From: Antechinus flavipes
Taxonomy: Eukaryota
DNA: 64,000 nt
Assembly (NCBI RefSeq): GCF_016432865.1
Contig: NC_067401.1
Location: forward strand, 474,486,001 to 474,550,000
Direction of reading: 5' to 3'
In this document: positions 1-12,520 of the stretch, in pieces
How the letters are laid out: each line of letters opens with the position of its first letter
Numbering within the stretch: position 1 is the stretch's first letter
Notes under the pieces: generated by a model
Databases searched by the model: none
The model's input: only the letters and a program-made list of their open reading frames with translations
Told to the model about the DNA's origin: nothing
Translations under genes and position numbers: made by a program

Positions 1-163
1 TCAACGGCTTCTGCCATCGCCGTGGCAGCCACAGCAGAATCTGGGCTCTCCCCCGATCCCCGGCCTCCCCTGCCTGAACCCGATCCTACTTGGGAAGATG
101 GCACCCAGACACCAGCGGTCCAACGGTTTTCACGGGCGCACAGCTCTGTAAGGATGCCAGCTA

Positions 164-471
164 ATCACCTGTGCCCAAAGAGGGGGGCCGTGGGGACCGA
201 GTGTGGATCACAACATAAGATTTTCACTCTTTTTGTTGCCATTTGCTTACATTTTGTTTTCTCATTTCTTTTTCCTTTTTGATCTGATTTTTCTTGTGCA
301 ATGTGAAATATGTATAGAATTGCATATGTTTAACATATACTGGATTATTTGCTGTCCAGGGGAGGATGATGGGAGAATAAAAATTTGGAACATAAAAGTT
401 TTACAAGGGTGAATGTTGAAAACTATCTCTGCATGTATTTTGAGAATAAAAAGCTTAAAAAAAAAAAAAAA
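164..471 (+). mobile_element. L1 3'-UTR fragment with poly(A) tail and 14-bp TSD (150-163 / 472-485, one mismatch)
   Basis: Marsupial L1 3'UTR-like text (gagtgtggatcacaacata...gtgaatgttgaaaacta), AATAAA then A-run; flanked by aaggatgccagcta and aagaatgccagcta. Confidence 0.8.
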
Positions 472-942
472 AAGAATGCCAGCTATTTCCATTGCCAATG
501 CAAGCAGCCAGCACAGCTTCCAAAGACCATCTCTGGCGTGGAGTTCAGTATGTGAAATCTGGGGCTGTGTGTGTCTCAGTGAAGTTTTTTAGGACAACAC
601 ATCAAAGAAAGCTTCATTTTTCCTTTTTAAACCTCAATGACTGGGTTTTATTGGTACAGATGGATACTTTTGCTGTAGACAGACAGACATCTCCTCCAAG
701 GCTGAAAAGAAATCTCATCGGTTAGCAGATAGTTCCAACCTTCACCATGTTAGGCCTCTGAACTCAAGACAACCAACGCAGACATTACTGGGCTCGGGGG
801 AAGCACACTTTAGTGGGGCCAAACAGTGCATCCCCAGTGCGCGGAAGAAGCAGAGGAAGCCACAGGGAGGCCAATCCTTGGCAGTGCCCGGCCGAGCCGT
901 CAGGAGTCAAACCCACCAACCACACTGAAGGAAGAAACTCAC

Positions 943-1002
943 CTGGCACATCATCATCCTCTTCATCAATGTCTTCGGGCTTGGGTGCTTTGCTATCCAA
1001 CA
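943..1002 (-). CDS. BTF3L4: BTF3L4 coding exon (gene exon 5), VLDSKAPKPEDIDEEDDDVP; final exon lies left of the window
   Basis: Translation matches recalled BTF3L4; ttttcag acceptor and GTGAGT donor; 60 nt, phase 1-1. Confidence 0.97.
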
Positions 1003-1629
1003 CTGAAAAGAATTTAAAAACATTGAAGCCACTGAGTATGTGCTTAAAAAACTCAAAACTCTCTCTTCCATCGTCCCGATTCCATATCTAAATGAATCTC
1101 AACATTTACAGGAAAAGAAGTGTCAAGGCGCTGACTGCCCATTGGAGGCTCAACATGAGAGCTTCCACCCAAAATAGGACAGAGACCAGTTCAAACGCTG
1201 TCTCCGTTTCCTCGTCTGTCAAATAAGGGAGCTGGACTAGAAAGGTCATTTCCAGCTCCAAGTCGATGACTTTGAGACCAGTGACAGCTCTATAACAGAG
1301 CCCCAAACTGAATCAACCAGGTGAGGTCAGAGGACATGAACTTCTGATTGCAGAACAATCCACGAGGCTGTACCACTATGGGGCTGAGAGGAAAAGCTCT
1401 CCTCTGGGCTGGCTTTACAAACAAAACGGGAGGGCCAGGATCCTTGCTCCACAACTTTTAAGTGACCCCTGCTTTCTCTGAGACAGTTACTCCCAGGCAA
1501 TAAAACTCATCTGCTCTCTGCATGCTATAACATCAATAAACCCTTCCTAATTGACTGAGATGCTTTCCATAAAGGCACAAGTAAAATTACTCTAATCGGA
1601 GGGCTGGGGGTACAGCAGAAGGCACCTAC

Positions 1630-1831
1630 CTTGTCGTGGGAACTGTTCGGCTAACTTCCTAAGACTCGTTAAGCTGTCAGCACCAAGCTGGCTTAATATT
1701 CCAGGAAGCATTTCTGTGATTGGCTTTGCTTCTGCGTGGCCAGTGATTGCAAAGGTATTGGCAGAGAGGGAAGCCTGGACTTTGGGGTTGTTGAAATGAA
1801 TAACAGTTCCATCATCTTTAATCATGTTCAC
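1630..1831 (-). CDS. BTF3L4: BTF3L4 exon 4, [67 protein letters not shown] (NAC domain)
   Basis: Matches recalled NAC-beta-like BTF3L4; CAG acceptor, GTAGGT donor; 202 nt. Confidence 0.98.
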
Positions 1832-4800
1832 CTGCCGGAACACAAGACACACAGAAGGTTCACAAGCGTCTCACCCCCTTGTTCCCAAGCAATTCAACTG
1901 AACAGCACCTGGCTTGAAGGCTCCTAAAGCTGCACCTCTTTCCATCCTTCAAAGGGGACCGGCACCACTCACCACATGGGGAAGAAGGCTGGTGACCTCA
2001 ACCCAGAGCAGCAAAATTGCAGTTTCCCCGCAGTCCTGGCCCTGTTTCTGCACGAATGCTTCACCAACTGCCCAGTGGGCATTCCTCCCAAGCCCTATCT
2101 AGTCGTGGGCACCAAGCTCCCCAACTCAGTCAATCTCTGCTCCTCGTGTCCAACCAGGTGGTAGCTTCTCTCCCCTTCTCGCCACTCTTCCCCTCCCCCC
2201 CAGCCCCCACATTACATGCCCTGGTTTCTTTCAAAGCCCATTCAAATGTCGTGCTCTATGAAAATCCTTTTCCTTGTTCTGTTGTCTTTACCCAAAAACC
2301 CCTCAGCCTGATTTTGTACATCCTCAGATGTATCTATAGAATGTAAATCCATCTGGTAAATCTTTGGATGATTTAATTCATTTTTGTCTTGGTACCCCTG
2401 TACCTGGCCCAATGATTGGTACACCAGCTGGTGCTTAATAACAAATCGCTGACAGATGAGGACAGTCATCCTTTCATGCCCTTCATTGCGGCTGTGTGCT
2501 CCCCCCATCAAGAGCTGGCAGTCCACAAAGTCCACCAGGTTTTTCTACTGATGGCCACAGCCAGGCCTCTTCAACCCTCAAAGATCACAGAATCTCACTC
2601 ACTGAATTAGAAAACCCTAATCTGTCAATACCACCATTGCAGATGTCAGAAACTGGAGGCTGAGGGCCTCCAAAGCCCACGTCCCATAGGGTATTTGCCA
2701 ACGTTGGCATCTGCCACAAGTTACTCATCACTGCAGCTCAGCCACGACAGCACCTACTTCCCACACCCAAAATACGGCCAACCAGCAATTTAGAGCTGGA
2801 AGGGCCCCTGGTGGTCATCAAGTCCAACATTCGTTTTGGATGGGAAAATGTGACTCGCCTGGGGTCACACGGCTAGTGAGGGTTGGGGGCTCTTGTCAGC
2901 TCAGCTTCTCCTCTCCCTGTACCCTAATATAAGTATCAGCTTCCCGACTCCAAGCAGCCAGAAGGAAATTAAGAATCTGATGCAAAGGAAAACACGTGGA
3001 GGGACTTAAACCTCAGGATGCTGCCCAGGGGAGGTCCCCATCTCCGGGGCGTTTTAGGCTGCACCCCCCCAACTACCATGACACTCTTCAGAGTGTCCCC
3101 CCCTTCTGCTGTCCTTTTTGTAGAGCAAAGTGACCAGACTAAATAGTCAATCCTCCCAGGGTGCCGTGTGGCATCTGTACCTGCTCTCACTGACGCTGAT
3201 TCTGAATGGTCACATGTGCACACGAGTGGGATTCTCTAAGTTCATGATCTGACTTAACAGACACTAGCAGTGGGCATCTCTGCTTGGGAACCCCTTCTCT
3301 CTGGTGCCCCCCACCCCAGCTATCCCCGTCCCACACTTCTCATCTTGTCCCGTGCCAGCACTTGTGGAGGTTGGGGAGGGGGGAAGATGCTTTAGGAGCT
3401 TCCTCTCCCTGTCTCAAGTCTCAGCCAGGCCCCACTAGACCTGCTGAGACAGATCCTGGCCCAGGCCAGGAGAGCACCTGCCAGGCACTTACACTGGGAT
3501 GCTGAGCTGCCACCACGAGTAATTTTTTTCCCCCGAGACTGGATATAGCCAAAGCCCAGAGAGCTCTAACAACACACTGGGCCAAGCACTCCTTCACTTC
3601 TGTAATCCCGTGGAGTCCTTCAAGGCAGAAACGTCAGCCCTCCCACAAGGAAGAGCACCCTCCTCCCCCCCACAGCTCAGCAGATGGTCCTGGATGCAGT
3701 CAGCTGAAAAAGCCTCCCCTCCGAGGCCAATCTGGTGACAGGCTTTTTGGGGCACTAGGCCTAATCCCCGCCCCTGAGTCCAGGTCTGAAACCCCTCCCA
3801 GGGTGGCAGAGGCGGCCAGAGTTTGGGATCTTCTGCAGAAGTTCTTGTGATCCTGGGGTCCTTGTCACAGCAAGATGAGGCACACGGGAGGCCCTCGGAA
3901 AGACACAAGGAGCCCACACGATGGGCCACACTGGAATTTAGGTTGGCCTAGGGATTTCCATTAATTTATACACTGTTTCTAGGAGGAAACCCACTAAATT
4001 CCAAATAAGTGATTTTTAATCCAACAAATAACTGCTCAGAACTTACTGGAGTCCAGGGTTAAGTCCTAGGGTGATATAAAAAGCCCAAGGGGCCACTGCC
4101 CCATGAAGTTTGTGGGTGGGAGAGAGAACAAGATAGATTGTTAAAACACATAAGATAGGAGACGAGCAGGAGAGAGACAGGACACAAAGTCCAGAAGGGG
4201 ACGGCCCCTGCTGACCAGCAGCTTCTGACAAAACTCCTCAGAGAATCACCACCAGCCAGGAGGGTTTGCTCCAGGACGTTGGCCTGGAAGTTTACAAGCA
4301 CAGTCACTGGACAGCAGGAGCAAAGCCCAGTCTGCACTCTGTCTCACTGCCTTCTTCTAACCCTCCCACATCTGTGTATCTGGGAGCATTCTAACCCAGT
4401 CCAGGAAGACCTGCAAAGTGGTCCGCTGGAGAGAGAAACACCATCTAGTCAAGAAGACTCGAGTTCAAATCCTGCCTCTGAAACTTCCCGGTGCTGTGAA
4501 CCAGGACAACTCCCTCTGACACTAACTGTCAGCAGGTGCTGTGAAAGTCCAATGAGAGCCCCTCTGGAAAGTGCTCAGTGGGGTGTCTGCATGTAGTAGG
4601 TGCTTGATAAAACACTTGCTCCCTGCCTTTCCTCACTACCCGCAGAACCTCAGTTTGCCACCAGTTTCGAAGATGAAGAAAGCAAACCTGACAGCAGAGT
4701 CTGTCTCGTCTGTTCTCATGAGGGTAAGAGGGCTTTTCTCTCAATTCTTCAAACAGGAAAACACAAATGCCCACACGCCAGGGGAGGACGCTGCATGGTC

Positions 4801-5456
4801 TTGGGAACGTGTGGCTGGTTCCTCCCCTGGCCACCACCGCTAACACTCCATCATCTAATGCAGAACCCAGAAAACGCTCTCCCATTCTTTGTTCCACACC
4901 CAACTGAAAGTTTCTGCCACTCCCAAGTTTATCCCTGGCAAAAACTACTGAAATGCTTGGTCCCTGATTGGCCAGTCCCACGGCTCCTGTTGGAACCCCT
5001 TCCAAAGTCTGACTGATAGGGACTGCAAGAGGTGGCCGCAGCCTATCCCTCCGCAGAGGCCGGCCAGCCCATGAGCACCTTTGGGCTGGAGAGGTCCAGC
5101 GGGCCTGGCTTGGGAAAGCCTTCACCGTGGCCACAAGAAAGGGTCTGAAGAAAGCATCTATCAAGTGAAAGGCAGGTTATTTTCTCTAGGTCCTAGGAAG
5201 GTACAGATGTGGCAAGGACTGGCAGGTTAGGGTATCCCTACGTGGGACCATCCGCTTTCAAATTAGCAAGAGCATTGGTGACTCTGGAAATGTGCAGAGA
5301 AGCAAATCAAGACTGCTGTTTATGGCCAACACGCTGGTCAACTCAAGACCAACTGAGGTCTATGAATAAAACTTCTCAAAGTGGAATCTCTTATGGTATA
5401 CACATGTGCACACAGATGAGCAGGGATTTGTGAAGGGCTAAAGAAAACCCCGCCTG

Positions 5457-5793
5457 AATGCCAACAGACTTGTGATACAAAGTGCCATCTGTGTCCAGAG
5501 AGAGAATTATGGAGAATGAACATGGATCAAAGCATAGTCTTTTCACCTTTTTGTTGTTGGTTGTTTGCTTGTTTTCCCCCCCTTTGATCTGATTTTTCTT
5601 GCTCAGCATGATAAATATGGAAATATGTTTAAAAGAACTGTACATATTTAACTTAGATTGGATTTTTGCTGTCTTGGGAATGGGAGAGGGAGAGAAAAAT
5701 CTGGAACACAACGTTTTGCAAAGGTGAATGTTAAAAACTGCCTTTGCATGTATTTAGAAAATTTAGAAAAATAAAATACTATTTTAAAAAACC
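5457..5793 (+). mobile_element. L1 3'-UTR fragment with probable 12-bp TSD (5445-5456 / 5794-5805)
   Basis: L1 3'UTR-like text (ccatctgtgtccagagagagaattatgg...gtgaatgttaaaaactg), A-rich end; aaaccccgcctg vs aaaccctgcctg. Confidence 0.72.
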
Positions 5794-6121
5794 AAACCCT
5801 GCCTGCCATTGAATCAAACTCTTCTCTTCACGAAGGGAAAGGAAAAGGCAGCAATTTGTAATTTGGGACAATCTCCCATTGTCCTTATCCATGCATTCAT
5901 ATTTTCACCAAGTACATGAGTTATCTGCGATAGTGCCATTTTTACCAATGGTTTAAATTCACACTGGAGTGCCCTTCAGAAGTCTGCTGTGACCAGATGT
6001 ACCTGCACCAATGACAGTTAAACAAATAATGACTTCACACACAGCAGTTCCAAGTCCTTGGAAAAGGCCACGGACTCTGAAAAGTCAAACCACCTTGGCT
6101 ATTGCAGCCCCACGACCTTAC

Positions 6122-6235
6122 CTCTTCAATACCAGCAATATTATTCACAGCCAACTTTTTGAGAGAACTCTGAAGTTTCTTGTCATCTGCTGTGGCCGTT
6201 CTGTGTACGACCTTCTTCTTTCTACGCGCCGTGCC
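6122..6235 (-). CDS. BTF3L4: BTF3L4 exon 3, [38 protein letters not shown]
   Basis: Matches recalled BTF3L4; cttag acceptor, GTAAGG donor; 114 nt, phase 0-0. Confidence 0.98.
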
Positions 6236-7924
6236 CTAAGAGAACCAGACAAAGGGAAAAGCCTCAGTCAGCAGAGCCACGACCCAGTGGCCACAGTCCC
6301 AGATGCTCACACCGTCTCACTGCTCCCAGGAAGGAAGCCGGCGACTCTCCCTCTCAGCTCTCGGGGGCCCATTTTCTACAGTTCAGATATGAACCATCTT
6401 ACCCAATTGCCAAATGGGATCATTTCAATGTTGTTTTTAAAAACACGTGCCTCCCGGATAACTCAGCAACTTGGCAACCTTGCAAGTAACGTCTGTTCCA
6501 ACTCCAATGCCGTCTTGAATTAGGTTAGCCGGTTCTAGAAGCCAGATGACTCAAAGGTCACTGCTCGAATGGCTTTTTGATCTCACCGAGGTGGGTAATT
6601 CTTCCAATAGTAGAGATTAACACCCATCCAAGCCATGAAGACAGATTCCTAGATTGCTCCCCACTTATTTAAATGTCTTCTTTCCCCTACATTACTGTCC
6701 CATAAGTACCTACCTTACTTATGTGAAGGGTAAAACCTTTCTAAACTATAATAGAGTTTTAGAAATTGGGAGCTAGTGCAGACGATCTTAAAAGTCATTA
6801 TACGTCAGTGCCATCATTAAAAATGGATGCCTGTTAAATGCCGATGTAAAATAAACTGGAGTATAAATAAATAAAAAATGAAACGCCTACATTTTACTGG
6901 GTCACATTAAAAAGGGGATTATCATTAAACAGCTCCCAACTTAAAAGAATGAGCTGCAACCACAGATTGCAAGGTCCCTCCTGGAACGATGATGTAGTTC
7001 AGCTCAACCACAATAGTCGACTTCCCAATAATGTAACTCAAACCCAACTAACAGCAGTCCAAGCCCAGGGCTTTTACTTAATTAAGCTCTTAAATAGCAA
7101 AAAGGCAGAGGCCTGAGCACCTGCAGGCATCTTGAGGTTACTGTATGTAAGCTGAGGCCGGTCCCTCACAGGCCTAACATCCCATGTGGAGCAGAAACTG
7201 CTCCACACGTGATGGTCTCAGAGAGTTGTTAGAAGGCTCCCGCTTCAGCAGCTTTTACAGATGAACAAATTGAGGTAAACGGGGTTAAGTGACTGACTTC
7301 AAATCTGATTTAAAGAGAAGGAGTCTTTCTGACTCCAGACCTGGAACTCTAGCCACTGGACCTGAGCTGCCCCTGACAAGTGGCCGGCCATATTACCTTC
7401 CTGCCTTTCCGATGAAGGGCTCCCTGTCAGTGATGTGCCAGTAAAGATTTAACCCCCAGTAATATACTTTTCAGTTTCCCATGCCATTACTATTGACATT
7501 TTCTTCCTCACTTTCTTAAGTTCAGATAATTTACAAGACAACAAACCTAGCCCCGATTTGTAGCCTCTGTTCATTTCTGAGGAGTAAATGTTCACACTGA
7601 AAATTTAACCACCAGCTCTCCAGTTTGAGGGGGGATCCTGGCTTCCTCCCATGGAATCTGTCATCTGCACCATACCATTTCAATTATGAATCAACTATAG
7701 ATTGCCTTTTGGTATTATAATATTACAAGGAATATACCTTAGCCATTAGATAAGGAAGGAAGTTCAAGAAAAGAACATCCTAATATGGAGGGTCCGAGAA
7801 GGCCTTTAGAAAAAAAGGAAGGAAAAACCAACAGCTGGCAGAGCAGACTGGGAAAAGGTTCTCCCTCCTCCCCCCGCCCCAGTAACTGTACTAGATGTTT
7901 TCACATAATTGTTTTTTGATGGAA

Positions 7925-8330
7925 TCATCACTTAATAAGCATTTATTAAGCTCTACTATTTCCCAGGCCCTATGCGAGGGGATGCAAGCACAAGAAGGTG
8001 AAAGACACCATATGCACAAGAAACAAGGACTTTTATAAATATATTCAGCATAAAGTGGAGATATACAAATAGGTATGAGGCAGTTGGGGGTTCAGGAAAG
8101 GTTTGGTGCTGAAGTTAAGTGGGAGGGCAGCCTAGGAAGTGGGGGACAGCCAGTCAAGGCCCAGGGTGTCCTGGGGGAGGAACAGAGGCGGCCAGCTTGG
8201 CTGGATGCCAGAGTAGAGGGAGCAGTAATGTCCGTGGAGACTGACGCCAGCTTGGAAAGGACTCTGAAGTTCAGACTGGAGTCCGGAGACAATAGAGACC
8301 TGACTGAGGCGAAGGATCCCATGGCCTTGC
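7925..8330 (-). mobile_element. L2 LINE 3' remnant
   Basis: Reverse L2 tail signature aataagcatttattaag followed by purine-rich L2-like body. Confidence 0.65.
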
Positions 8331-9715
8331 TTTGCCTTTGCCTGCCGAAAGGCATGGTGCCCCCACATAGGGCAGCTGCTTGAGACAAGTTCATTCTGTC
8401 TGTCTCTGGGGCTTGGCACAAAGTAGGCCCTTGATAAATGCTAGCGGCTGAAAGGATCAGACTTTAGCTTGGACCCTTCTTCCTGGCTCTCACCTGTCCC
8501 CTCTCCCTTTATCATTATTAGCAATAGTAGCATGTACCCATTCCTGATTTCTCTCTTCCTACATCCTGCCAGGGGACAGATGAGCAGACAAGCACAGTCC
8601 CTGAGGGGCTCAGGCCTGCCACACTTTCTCTCCCAACCCAAACTCCAGCTTCCTTCCGCTCGCCCCCAGAGCTGCCGGCACCTTCCTCCTCCTCCTCTGG
8701 ACACAGCTGGGCACGTTGTCTCCCCGTGGGTCAGAGCCGGGAAGGCAGAAAGTCTCCTGCTTTCTCTGAAGCCCCGTGATAATGGTGAACGCCGGCTGCT
8801 GCTCAGGCTGGCAAGAGGCTTTCCATGGCTAAGGCGCACTCGCTTCCTTGCCTGTCAGGACCCGGGGATTCCCCGCCCAGACCTGGCATCCGGCAGGCGA
8901 ACTTCCTCCTTCCCCATCTCCCAGCACCAGGATTCCCTCAGTAAGTGCCCCCTGTGTGCCCAGCAGCGTGCTGAGCCTAAGGCTACGAGGGCTGAAGTGA
9001 AAAGCCTCTGCTCTTGTTACCTGGGGGGAGGCAACAGCAGACACCTGGCGCACAGAGTGACCAACAGGAGCATGATGTAGTCTGGGTGGGAGAACAGAAG
9101 CCGCCATGGGGGAGGCTTCACACGGAAGCTGCTGCACGGGCGGAACTCTGCCCAAAGGCAGAGGTGAGAGGTGAAAGGCGAGGAGACGATGAGCCAGGGC
9201 AAAAGCACAGAGATGGGAGATGGGCCTTTTGGTGTGAGAAACAGGAGCAAAGGAACCATTTGGGAAGAGCTTTAAGATCAAAAGGGAAGCTTCCACCGAA
9301 TCCCTTTGTTTACTTCTAGGTTCCCAGGTGGCTCTGAACAGGTGATTTCTAGAAGTGAGATGTCACAACACGAGTCCTATTGAGACAACTGTTCCTTGTC
9401 CCTGAGGAGTCAGTCCCAGAGGCCCCAAGAGGGAGAGGCTAGGAAACTCAACCAGAGGCTCCTTCCCAGGCCCGTGAGGAGTCCTGTCTGTCCACAGCAC
9501 CTGGCAGTTGTGGGCCTCTGGCTTAATGGGAATGACCGGTCAGTAGCCCCCCCCCACTGTTGCCCGGAACACGGGTTCAAATTCTGGCCTTGCCCTTTAA
9601 CCCTGCACTAAGGGACAAACCCCTTCACCTGTGGAGCTCAGCCTCCTCGTAAGGATAACGAGGTGTCAGCTGGAAGCGCCTTCCTCCTCCATCATTTACG
9701 GCCTCGGGTACTCAC

Positions 9716-9769
9716 CTTGCCTCCTATCCGGACCTGAGCCTGAAGCTTGGCTAGCTTCTCCTGATTCAT
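9716..9769 (-). CDS. BTF3L4: BTF3L4 first coding exon (exon 2, 9716-9782), MNQEKLAKLQAQVRIGGK
   Basis: ATG at 9769-9767, 13-nt UTR part after ctcttccag acceptor, GTGAGT donor. Confidence 0.98.
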
Positions 9770-11149
9770 GCTGTCAGCAGATCTGGAAGAGAAGCAGACG
9801 TTTCAAGTCTCTGGCAAGGGTCAGAGCAAACCCGCCCCCAGCCCACGGGCCCCGCTCCAACAGGTGCGACCCCAAGCTGCTCAGGCTGACTGGAGGCTGG
9901 ATGCCCGAGAACTGGCTAGGGTGAAGTGAGGAGAGGCTTCAGGAAGGAGCCCACTTGCCGACCAACCGACTGCAGCCATTCACGACACCATCTACCAGGG
10001 GACAGGAGCCAGGGGCCCCAGTGGCCAAAGGAAGACCTTCAAAACTAACCTCCTGACCATTTAATCTCTGATTAAATGATCCTGAAAAGGAGTTCTAGAG
10101 GCAGCAAAGAGCCAGAATGGCCAGGAAAGTCACCAATTCTGAGGCACCTCCACAAAAAACCATTTCCTTCTCTGGCTTCAATGATGAAATAAATTGTTTT
10201 AATAGAGCTAGCCATATAAATAGTTAGCTGCTGGTGGTGTTTAAGCAAGGACTTTTTAAACAGAGCTGACATCTATGGCAGAATACATTGATAAAGGAAA
10301 ATCTAAAAACAGACCACACTCTCAAACTCTTTCCAACTCCATTTCAAAAGGACCGTCCATGGAAACACAAAAGGCAGCTGGGCCGAGATCCGATGCAATG
10401 AATGGCTAGATCTTCAAGCGTTCAAAGATGTGAACCCAAAATAAGGACATCTTTGTCCAAGATGAGATGATGAAGTATCAATGAGAAGGCGAGGGAGGCC
10501 CAAAGCCTCCAGAAAGCCACAAAGTTCTCTCAATGCCTCCTCCACAGGCTCATTAATTTCTGGTGTCCACAGCACTTTCTCCCACAATATCTTCTTTGAT
10601 CCTATCTCCACATTACTGGTAGACGATGGAGGAACACGCTGTCACTACAAAAGTACGTGTCATTCTCTACTGGCTCTCAGCCCTTTTTGTAACCTTTTCA
10701 GGCACAAAAGGAGGCAGCCAACCAGCCGCCCCACTGGCTCACCCACAAAGATGCGAATCCCCCAGTTATTGGGGTTCTCCTCCTTTCTCACACACGCTTG
10801 GATCGAGCAGAACATCCAAGACCAGCGTTAGCTTCATCCCTGGGTCCCAGCCGCCTATTACAGGGTTCTGCATATGATCAACACCGAGACACCAGGAAGA
10901 GAGATAAAATTGAAATTGTTTCTGCCCTAGCTAGCTTACATCCTCTCAAGGAAGCCATAATGTATGCAGCCAGATAGCCACAAAAACCGCAAGATGGGGG
11001 GGAGGGGAGGGGGAACGCAGGAAAGTGGGTTTTCTATGCCAGGCGCTGGCACAGACCAGGGACACAGCCCGCCGGGTGGGTGCCCGATCTGGCAACAGGT
11101 AAAGTGTGTATGTCAGCAGGGCAGGTGAGGTCTCCTTTAAGGCTAAGCC

Positions 11150-12520
11150 GAGCAGTTCTGACTTTACTGAGTACAGGAGACCCGATCAGACCTGTGCCAG
11201 GTGGGATGGTGAGGGCTGGGGCACAGGAGGGAAAGGTCAAGAGGTAGAAATGACAAGACCTGGCAAATATGGGAATGAGAGCAGACTCTGGAAGATATGG
11301 CCTGGTCCCGGGAGGGTGGTGGGGCTGCTGGGAGAATAGGGAAATTTGGAAAAGAGGTAGCTTTGGAGGGGAAAAACCAAATGGAGGCTGAGACGTCAAT
11401 GGGACACCCAGTTGGTGCTATGGGCCTGGAGGAGATCCGGAAGGGATCCTGAGATTTTGGAGACACGTGCAGATAGACCAACGCTGACATGGTCCCCAAG
11501 GGAGAGAAGATGTAGAAAGAGGCTCCAGGACAGAACTTTGGTGGGAATGATATGGAGGAGGACTAGCAAAGGAGGGGAAGGAACCAAGGGAGAGGAGAGT
11601 CCCCCATCTGGCCATTTGTGCCCTGGGGAGAGAGGAGCCAAGTGTGAAATGCTGAGGAGCCTGAGCTTGTCACTGACCCCTGGTGCCTTTGGAGAGAACC
11701 TTCAGCTGAATGATGAAGTAAGAAGCCAGATGCAAGGGGGCAAGGAGTGATCCGTCACAGGGAGCCTGCAAGTGTAGACAGCTCTTCTGTAGAGTCTGGC
11801 TAGGAAAGGGATGGATACAGGAGGGAATCACAAGGTCTGATGACAGTATGCTAAGTCTGGGGGAGACTCGGATGCATTTGTAAGTAACAAGGAAGGACTT
11901 AGAGAGGCAGAAACGGTGATTAAGAAGAAAAGGGGATGATCATTTTAAAAAAGCACGCCCTCTTCATCAATACCTGAAGTAAAAAATGGAGGATGAGATC
12001 CAGGGGATTCTGGGATGCAGAGAAAAGACGCTATGAGCTCTACTTGTTCAATAAAGCCTGGTTTCCTTAGTTGGGAGAGTAAGCTTGGAAGGGAGTTTAG
12101 AACAGCCTCTGTGGGGAGTAAAAGGACTGCCTTGTGGCAGAGGGCCCAGGTGAGGGCAGTGCTTGGTGAGAAGGAGAGTTAAGTAGTTACAAAGTCCCAG
12201 GAACTAAGCTAATAGTTAGACACAAAGGAAAAGCAAAAACAGTCGGAGGGAGACAACAGTAAATGTCTGGACCCAATGCAGTACAGATACAGAGGAAAGT
12301 GTGTGAGAGCCCCAAAAGGCCTCTCGTACAAGATGAGATTTTAGCTGATTCTTGAAGAAGGCCAGAGAAGCCGGCAAGTACAGCTGCCACAAGAGGAGGG
12401 GGCACTGTGTTTCAGGAATGGGGCCCTTAGAGCAAAAGTGGGAGATGGAGACGTGCTGTTGTCCTGGCAGCCCCAGTGGGCTCGGTGGGTGCTTTGCTTC
12501 AGCTCCATTCAGCAGAATGT
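11150..12520 (-). mobile_element. Degenerate L2 LINE fragments
   Basis: Purine-rich plus-strand text typical of antisense L2 ORF2/3' region. Confidence 0.6.

Noticed and set aside
1125-3580. Shared ALTxHW peptide in two plus-strand candidate exons (1125-1145 and ~3560-3580)
   Set aside because: No similarity beyond six residues, and many frames were inspected, so chance is likely.
10320-10880. Coding-looking block in BTF3L4 intron 1 (e.g. WAEIRCNEWLDLQAFKDV)
   Set aside because: Stops interrupt all frames and I recognise no parent protein; cannot call it a pseudogene without a database search.
11164-11499. Protein-like minus-strand ORF (LVYLHVSPKSQDPFRISSRP)
   Set aside because: Lies within the L2 remnant and is best explained as decayed L2 ORF2.
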